From an uncultured delta proteobacterium (GTDB lineage: Bacteria; Desulfobacterota; Binatia; DP-6), in contig CAWFFN010000009.1 of the NCBI GenBank assembly GCA_963815115.1, positions 960,001-1,024,000 of the forward strand: a DNA stretch of 64,000 bases, written 5' to 3'. Shown piece by piece: positions 62,284-64,000 of the stretch (positions are counted from its first letter, which is position 1; each line of letters starts with the position of its first letter). The notes under the pieces are model-generated. The model searched no databases, was not told the origin of the DNA, and worked only from the letters and a program-made list of their open reading frames with translations. Position numbers and translations under genes: made by a program.

Positions 62284-64000
62284 CCGGCAGGCCCCAGGCG
62301 CCGGCCGCGGAGCAGCCAGCGGCGCGTGTGCGCCGTCCGGAAGAGGGCGCCCTCGACCGCGAACGTCACGTTGTGATCCTCGCGCGCCATGCGCGAGAAG
62401 TCGGCGGCGCGCGCGGCGAGGGCCATCGTGACCCCCGCTCGGCGCGTGGTGATCACGAGCGTACGGCGGCCGTCGCCGCGATCCTTGTAGACCAGCCGGC
62501 GGCCATGCCGGTGGAAGCCGCCGCGAGGGACGGTGATGGCGAGCACGTCGTCGTCGTCGGACAGGCGCACGGTGACCCCGTCGGTGGCGGGGTCGAGCAC
62601 GCCCTGCAGGCGGCCGAGGCTGGCGCGCAGCACCAGCGTGTCGGTGTGGGGGCGCTTGCCGAACGCGAGCCTCGCGTGCAGGCGGCCGATCGCCTCGGGG
62701 CGATACCACACGGGCGAGCTCCACGCGCGCTCCTGGATCGTCGGTGAGAGGAACGGATCGTTCGTCGTGCCGAGGCAGCAGTCCGCGAACCCGGGTGCCG
62801 CCGTGGCAGCCTGCGCCGCGCAGTCGTCCGCGAACGGGTCGACGCCCGCCTGCTTGCAGACTCGCGTGCTCCAGCGGCAGCTCGGGTTCTCGAGCACGCG
62901 CGCGTAGTAGAAGGCGCGCTGCGCCGGGTCGAACTCGGGATCTTCCCACAGGGCGCACAGCTCGGCGGCGCCCGCTCCCAGCGGCTCGCACGTGGCGGGA
63001 TCGACCCCCGCCCCGCTGCCGGCGTCGCCCGCGACGTCGAACACCCGCTCGTGCGTGGCAGCGCCCGCGTCGACCCAGCCCTTGACGATCTGCACGCGCT
63101 GGAGGTCCGTGCCCGGGGCGGCCGCCGTGCCCGGATCCTTCTGCACCCAGACCGCGAAGCGCGGGCTCTTCGCGCCGCTCATCGTTCCGATCTCGCCGCC
63201 CATCGGCGTGCCGGTCGTGTAGGCACGCTCGACGAAGGCCGCGTCGCCGCACGACACGCCGTCGAGGGTGCCGGCAAAGAAGCGCACGATCGGTCGCGTG
63301 CCGCTGGTGGCGTACGTCTCCCGCCGGCGCAGGGCGGAGAAGATGGCGTCGCGCGAGTTCTCCTCGGCCCACACGACGGCGAGGCCCCCCGGGTTGGTGC
63401 GCAACTGCTGCGAGATCTGGGCGGCGGGCGACCCGTCCGAGCGCCCCTGGATACCCACCCAGTCGCGCTCCGCGGTGTTGCCGCCGGTGCCGTTGTGGGT
63501 GTCGGTGCTGCCGATGAAGCCGAAGCGGAAGGGATTCACGCCGAGCGTCTGCTCGAATGCGAGTCCGTCCTCGAGGGTCTCGCGCACGAGGTTCCGTCGC
63601 GGATACTGATCGATCGGCACGGCCGTCGCATCGGGTCCCTCATGCGGCCGGGCCTCCTGCTCGAAGGCGCACAGCTCGTCGGCGGCGCCGACGCCCACGC
63701 CGGCGAGGCGATCGAAGCGGCACTCCGAGCTGCCCTTCGCCTGGTGGAGCTCGACCAGCGGCTCGAGTGTCTGGCGCCTGAACGCCTCGGCCGCGTCGGC
63801 CGGATCGACGAACTGCTGGCCGCCGCTGAGATTCGGGTTGTGCGGGATGATCACCGCGTCGCACCCGTCGCCGGCGCCGAGGCACATGGTCTCGATCGCG
63901 TTCCACAGCCCGAGCAGGTCGCCGTCCTGGAACGTGTCGAGCTGGCTGGGCGCGAAGGGCGGCACGTGCGCGTTGCGGAAGATCACGTTGCGGTGGCGAT
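62280..64000 (-). CDS. DUF3604 domain protein (5' truncated by window) with extra C-terminal domain
   Basis: [62 protein letters not shown]. Confidence 0.88.
   Translation of the reverse strand, partial: RHRNVIFRNAHVPPFAPSQLDTFQDGDLLGLWNAIETMCLGAGDGCDAVIIPHNPNLSGGQQFVDPADAAEAFRRQTLEPLVELHQAKGSSECRFDRLAGVGVGAADELCAFEQEARPHEGPDATAVPIDQYPRRNLVRETLEDGLAFEQTLGVNPFRFGFIGSTDTHNGTGGNTAERDWVGIQGRSDGSPAAQISQQLRTNPGGLAVVWAEENSRDAIFSALRRRETYATSGTRPIVRFFAGTLDGVSCGDAAFVERAYTTGTPMGGEIGTMSGAKSPRFAVWVQKDPGTAAAPGTDLQRVQIVKGWVDAGAATHERVFDVAGDAGSGAGVDPATCEPLGAGAAELCALWEDPEFDPAQRAFYYARVLENPSCRWSTRVCKQAGVDPFADDCAAQAATAAPGFADCCLGTTNDPFLSPTIQERAWSSPVWYRPEAIGRLHARLAFGKRPHTDTLVLRASLGRLQGVLDPATDGVTVRLSDDDDVLAITVPRGGFHRHGRRLVYKDRGDGRRTLVITTRRAGVTMALAARAADFSRMAREDHNVTFAVEGALFRTAHTRRWLLRGRRLGPAG

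Overview
Very GC-rich bacterial chromosomal window, almost fully coding. Gene content and order point to a deltaproteobacteria-like lineage, possibly Candidatus Binatia; this is inferred, not verified. Left third (1-21.5 kb): the tail of a sugar-modification-type operon, then a dispersed acyclic-terpene-utilisation gene set (atuD, C, F, E, A). It is interleaved with an esterase, an AurF-like diiron protein, HAD, GNAT, a PhyH dioxygenase, a 1109-aa mosaic LRR protein, a K+ channel, an MFS transporter and a sulfotransferase. Middle: an ahpC / bfd-bfr iron-peroxide locus (bfd is missing from the ORF track; candidate Fur-family boxes are present), then a long minus-strand run recO-ppdK-aroE-pilB-pilT-pilC-pilA-pilD-fimT-pilV-pilW-pilX-atypical receiver-tmk-holB-ricT-metG-tatD, followed by grpE-dnaK-dnaJ-thiL-larB-ABC1 kinase-gcvR. 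Right: a LolA-like protein, two unusual c-type cytochromes, a DUF29 gene directly followed by a pseudoknot-capable RNA-like element, csp/lpxL, a TetR-dehydrogenase (frameshifted)-LsrK-like kinase module, a highly structured 160-nt leader, a GldAFG-like ABC system with DUF4340, a PPIase and a partial DUF3604 gene. No CRISPR array, tRNA, rRNA or transposase was seen. Best leads: the DUF29 gene plus structured RNA; recurring unassigned extracellular modules next to a Gld-like exporter; a pilin with the e-pilin aromatic pattern and a Glu-substituted receiver; and the structured leader at 56980-57140. All calls come from motif recognition by eye; no searches were run.
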